The position numbers and the translations under genes are program-made. A stretch of DNA of 52,170 bases from Candidatus Velthaea sp. (GTDB lineage: Bacteria; Vulcanimicrobiota; Vulcanimicrobiia; Vulcanimicrobiales; Vulcanimicrobiaceae): assembly GCA_050012475.1 (NCBI GenBank), contig JBEKHC010000030.1:1-52170 (forward strand), read 5' to 3'. Positions 49,063 to 52,170 of the stretch are shown piece by piece. The notes beneath the pieces are model-generated. The model ran no database searches. It was not told the DNA's origin and was given only the letters and a program-made list of their open reading frames with translations. The stretch's first letter is position 1; the number at the start of each line of letters is the position of its first letter.

Positions 49063-49772
49063 GCGACGCTCAACACCCCGCCGGGAACGGTAAGTTCCAC
49101 TGGCGAGCGCAGGCCGCGCGTGGCGATCGCCGCGGCGGCGCAAGCGACCGCCCCAGTCCCGCACGCTTGGGTGGCGCCGGCCCCGCGTTCCCAGTGCACG
49201 ACGGCCAGTGAAGCCGGCCCGGTGACCTGGGCAAAATGGACGTTGGTGCCGTTCGGATAGTGCGCGTCGCGTTCGATCCGCGGGCCGAGCGTCGCGATGT
49301 CGATGGCCGCAAGGTCATCGACGAAGATCACGACGTGCGGATTGCCGACGTCGACGGGGATCGCGCGGAAGCCGGCAACGGCATGCTCGGCGTCCAACTT
49401 GGGCGCGTTGAGCTCGACGCTGACCCGATATTCGGGTTCGCGGGTTAGCACTTGGGTTTGAATCGGGCCGGCGACCGTCTCGATCACGGCCGACGGCCGC
49501 CCATCGTGCTCATCCAAATACCGGGCAAAGCAACGAACGCCGTTGCCGCACATCTCGGGCTCGCTGCCGTCGGCGTTGATGACGCGCATGCGCGCGTCGG
49601 CCCAATCGGAGTTGAGCACCAGCAGCAACCCGTCGGCGCCCAGGCCGGCGACCGGATCGCACATCCGGCGAGCGAACGCTTTGGGGTCAGCCAGCGGTGT
49701 GACGCGCTCGTCGACGAGCACGAATTCGTTGTGCGCGCCGTTCAGCTTCACGACCGCGACGCTGCCGCTCAT
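48969..49772 (-). CDS. dapF: Diaminopimelate epimerase
   Basis: GADG, NADGSEPEMCGNG, GNPH, ERGAGATQACGTG. Confidence 0.96.
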   Translation of the reverse strand: MSGSVAVVKLNGAHNEFVLVDERVTPLADPKAFARRMCDPVAGLGADGLLLVLNSDWADARMRVINADGSEPEMCGNGVRCFARYLDEHDGRPSAVIETVAGPIQTQVLTREPEYRVSVELNAPKLDAEHAVAGFRAIPVDVGNPHVVIFVDDLAAIDIATLGPRIERDAHYPNGTNVHFAQVTGPASLAVVHWERGAGATQACGTGAVACAAAAIATRGLRSPVELTVPGGVLSVAWEAPKRAVMTGNAVKEFETTIPLPGSPIPT

Positions 49773-50023
49773 GCGGGTGCGGCCTCGACTTCGGGCAGCA
49801 GCGGCGCGACGAGCGGACCCTGCGGTGAAATCGTCGACACCGCATGCTTGTAGATGAGGTGCGAACGGTGTTCGTACTCGAGGACGATCGTGAACGGATC
49901 GAAGCCCTTGACGATGCCGCGCAACTGAAAGCCGTTGACCAGATAGACGATCACTTGCACCGCTTGGCGCTTGGCTTCGGCGAGATACGCGTCTTGCAGC
50001 GAGGGTGGACGCAACGTGGGCAT
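49769..50023 (-). CDS. hfq: RNA chaperone Hfq
   Basis: LQDAYL, VYLVNGFQLRG, LIYKHAVSTI. Confidence 0.95.
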   Translation of the reverse strand: MPTLRPPSLQDAYLAEAKRQAVQVIVYLVNGFQLRGIVKGFDPFTIVLEYEHRSHLIYKHAVSTISPQGPLVAPLLPEVEAAPA

Positions 50024-50198
50024 GATCGGACTCTTATGCCCGCATTCGGGCATCTCTTCTCCGGCCGCTCCGGCCTCGCCGAGGCGATCCAGCTTTTTTG
50101 TAGTCGTGGTACCCTGGCAAAGGGCTGCAAGACGGCCGACCAGGTGGCCGGCGTGAGCGCAAGCCTTCCCATCAGCCGCCGGCTGCGGAATTGGCGCG

Positions 50199-51131
50199 TC
50201 ACGATCGAACCGATGTCCACCCGATGGCCGAGACCGCGCTATCTGCGGCGGAGGCGGCGGCCTCGAGCCACACCAAGCCCGGCTCGGACCGAAACCACGT
50301 CAACTGGCGCTTGGCATAGCGCCGCGTCGCCCGAACGAGGATGGTGCGCAGTTCCTCGCGGGTTAGCTGGCCGTCGAGATACGCGAGCGCTTCGCGGTAT
50401 CCCACCGCGTCGGCCGCGATCGCCGACGCGCCGACGCGCTCGGCTTCGGCGAGCAAACCGCCAGCGAGCATCGCATCGGTGCGGCGGCCGATCCGCGCAA
50501 TGAGTTCCGCCAAGTCGACCCGCAAAGCGACCTTCACGTACGGAATGCCGGCCGCGCGCAAACTCGGCCCGACGCGTGGCGCGCCGGCAGCGGGTGCGCG
50601 CCGTTCGCGCGCGAGCTCGATTTCGAGCGCGCGGACGATCCGGTAGGGGTCGCGCTCGGAGATGAGCGCGGCTCGCGCCGGATTGCGCGCCTGCAGCCAA
50701 CCGTGAAGGATTTCGGGCGGGTGGACATGAGCTTCGAGCCGTACGCGCTCGCGAAGCGCGGGATCGGGCTCGGCGGCAAGCTCGACTTCGCCGCAGAGCG
50801 CCCGCAGATAGAACCCCGTCCCGCCCGCGACGATCGCCCGCTTTCCGCGCGCGTGAATATCGGCGATCGTTGCCAGCGCGTCGGCGGCGAAGCGGGCCGC
50901 CGAATACCGTTCGTACGGATCGAGAAAGCCGATGAGATGGTGCGGGACGCGAGCCCGCTGCTCCGGGGTCGGCGCCGCGGTTCCAATCGGCATATCGCGG
51001 TAAATTTGCCGCGAGTCCGCGCCGACGATCTCGGCCCCAAACCGCTCGGCGAGAGCAACCGCGAACGATGACTTCCCGCTCGCGGTCGAACCTCCAAGGA
51101 TGAGGACGCCGCGCTGGACAGCAGCAGTCAT
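50199..51131 (-). CDS. miaA: tRNA dimethylallyltransferase
   Basis: GSTASGKS, DSRQIYR, GGTGFY, TRRYAKRQLTWFR; ATG at 51131. Confidence 0.96.
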   Translation of the reverse strand: MTAAVQRGVLILGGSTASGKSSFAVALAERFGAEIVGADSRQIYRDMPIGTAAPTPEQRARVPHHLIGFLDPYERYSAARFAADALATIADIHARGKRAIVAGGTGFYLRALCGEVELAAEPDPALRERVRLEAHVHPPEILHGWLQARNPARAALISERDPYRIVRALEIELARERRAPAAGAPRVGPSLRAAGIPYVKVALRVDLAELIARIGRRTDAMLAGGLLAEAERVGASAIAADAVGYREALAYLDGQLTREELRTILVRATRRYAKRQLTWFRSEPGLVWLEAAASAADSAVSAIGWTSVRS

Positions 51132-51150
51132 GCCGAGCAACGAACGGAAG

Positions 51151-51840
51151 TTAGCGTTGCGGCGGCCGGTGATCGCGTAGCCACGCCTGCCACAGACGCG
51201 CAATGTCCGACTGCCCTTTCGTCGTGCGCAGCTCGAGGAATCGAGCGAGTTCGGCGATGGGCAGCGCGCCGAGTTGTTCGCTCTCCGCGACTTCCACGTA
51301 CCTTCCGTCGCGCCGCGCGTAGGCACGCAATTGCCGGCCGTCGTAGCGCCAAAACTCGGAAACGCGAAAGTCGGCGTAGTTCGCTTGCTTATCGATGCGT
51401 TCTCGCGAAAGATCGATTTCGACGGCGATATCGGGGGGCGGGTCGGCCGCAAGGTCGAGCTGTTTTTTTCCCGCGATCGCAGCCGCGTTCTGAACATAAA
51501 ACGACGAATCCGGCTCAGCGCCGAACGGTGCGCGTTTGAGCGTCGCCGAACCGGTGCTCTCGATAGCGATTTCCCACTCCAGCGAAAGCAATTGCACGAG
51601 CCCCTCGAGAAGCCGGTTGTACCGCTCGTGATCCGCCGACGGCGACATGAGTTCGAGGGCCTTTCCATCGAACGTCATGCGGGCACCGGCGTTGTCGCCC
51701 AGTTCCGTGACGAGTGCCTCGTATGCCGCAAAGCGCATGCGCAGGCAAATCACGCGTTCTCCGAGCTCGGGTACCTCAACCACTTCGCTCTCTTCGACCG
51801 CGGCCCGCGGCCATACTGTTAAGGAGAAAACGTTGGACAC
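51151..51840 (-). CDS. Uma2 family (DUF820) endonuclease-like protein
   Basis: LELMSPS..HE, STGSAT, AEPDSSFY, PPDIAVEID, EFWRYDG. Confidence 0.9.
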   Translation of the reverse strand: MSNVFSLTVWPRAAVEESEVVEVPELGERVICLRMRFAAYEALVTELGDNAGARMTFDGKALELMSPSADHERYNRLLEGLVQLLSLEWEIAIESTGSATLKRAPFGAEPDSSFYVQNAAAIAGKKQLDLAADPPPDIAVEIDLSRERIDKQANYADFRVSEFWRYDGRQLRAYARRDGRYVEVAESEQLGALPIAELARFLELRTTKGQSDIARLWQAWLRDHRPPQR

Positions 51841-52170
51841 CTAGGGCAAGGACGAGCTGATCCGGCACGTGGTCTCGCCAACACGAGGCTCATCTAAGAG
51901 GTCTTATTGACCTTGATCGTGCCGCTCTCGTGAAGTACGAACTTAGCCACCGCTGGGTATTCAAATATGCTGTTAACTGTTCGCAGCCAGAATACAGCTC
52001 GAGCAGCGCAATGCCACTCAGATAGGGCCCTTTGGGACTATAGCCATGGACCTTTGGTGGAAGTCTCAGCGAACGACGGCAGTTCATGCTTGGGGGCGTT
52101 GAACACTCTGTCGGGAGACACATTTTCGTGAAACGCTTCTTCATGTTGGCGGTTCTATTACTTCCAGTTC

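Overview
GC-rich bacterial window; the gene content and small secreted proteins are reminiscent of Ca. Eremiobacterota/Vulcanimicrobiota, but this is a tentative inference. The left half (about 1-27 kb) is an accessory, decaying region. It holds a group II intron with an intact RT and 3' end but no visible 5' end, and a ketone/fatty-acid catabolic patch (serine hydrolase, Baeyer-Villiger monooxygenase, PucR regulator, two acyl-CoA ligases). It also has two HdeD/DUF308 paralogs, several pseudogene scraps, and a Tn5053/Tn402-like tniA-tniB element with one recognisable terminal repeat. A second, internally deleted tniAB copy lies 7 kb away. Between the two tni copies are an MgtE-like cytosolic protein, a stand-alone ACT-like protein, a GNAT/carbon-nitrogen hydrolase fusion next to a KamA-type radical-SAM 2,3-aminomutase, and an orphan kdpC. 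The GNAT-hydrolase plus aminomutase pair is the best candidate for an undescribed system. The right half looks more host-like: FAD oxidoreductase, isolated hypF-hypB, a c-type-heme (CxxCH) sensor adenylate cyclase, a 49-aa protein missed by the ORF track, treS (with an apparently dead maltokinase domain)-treZ-treY, a DODA dioxygenase cluster, tRNA-Pro(CGG), two trkA, and miaA-hfq-dapF-radical SAM. No CRISPR array or cas gene was seen. All calls are by motif recognition by eye; no searches were run.
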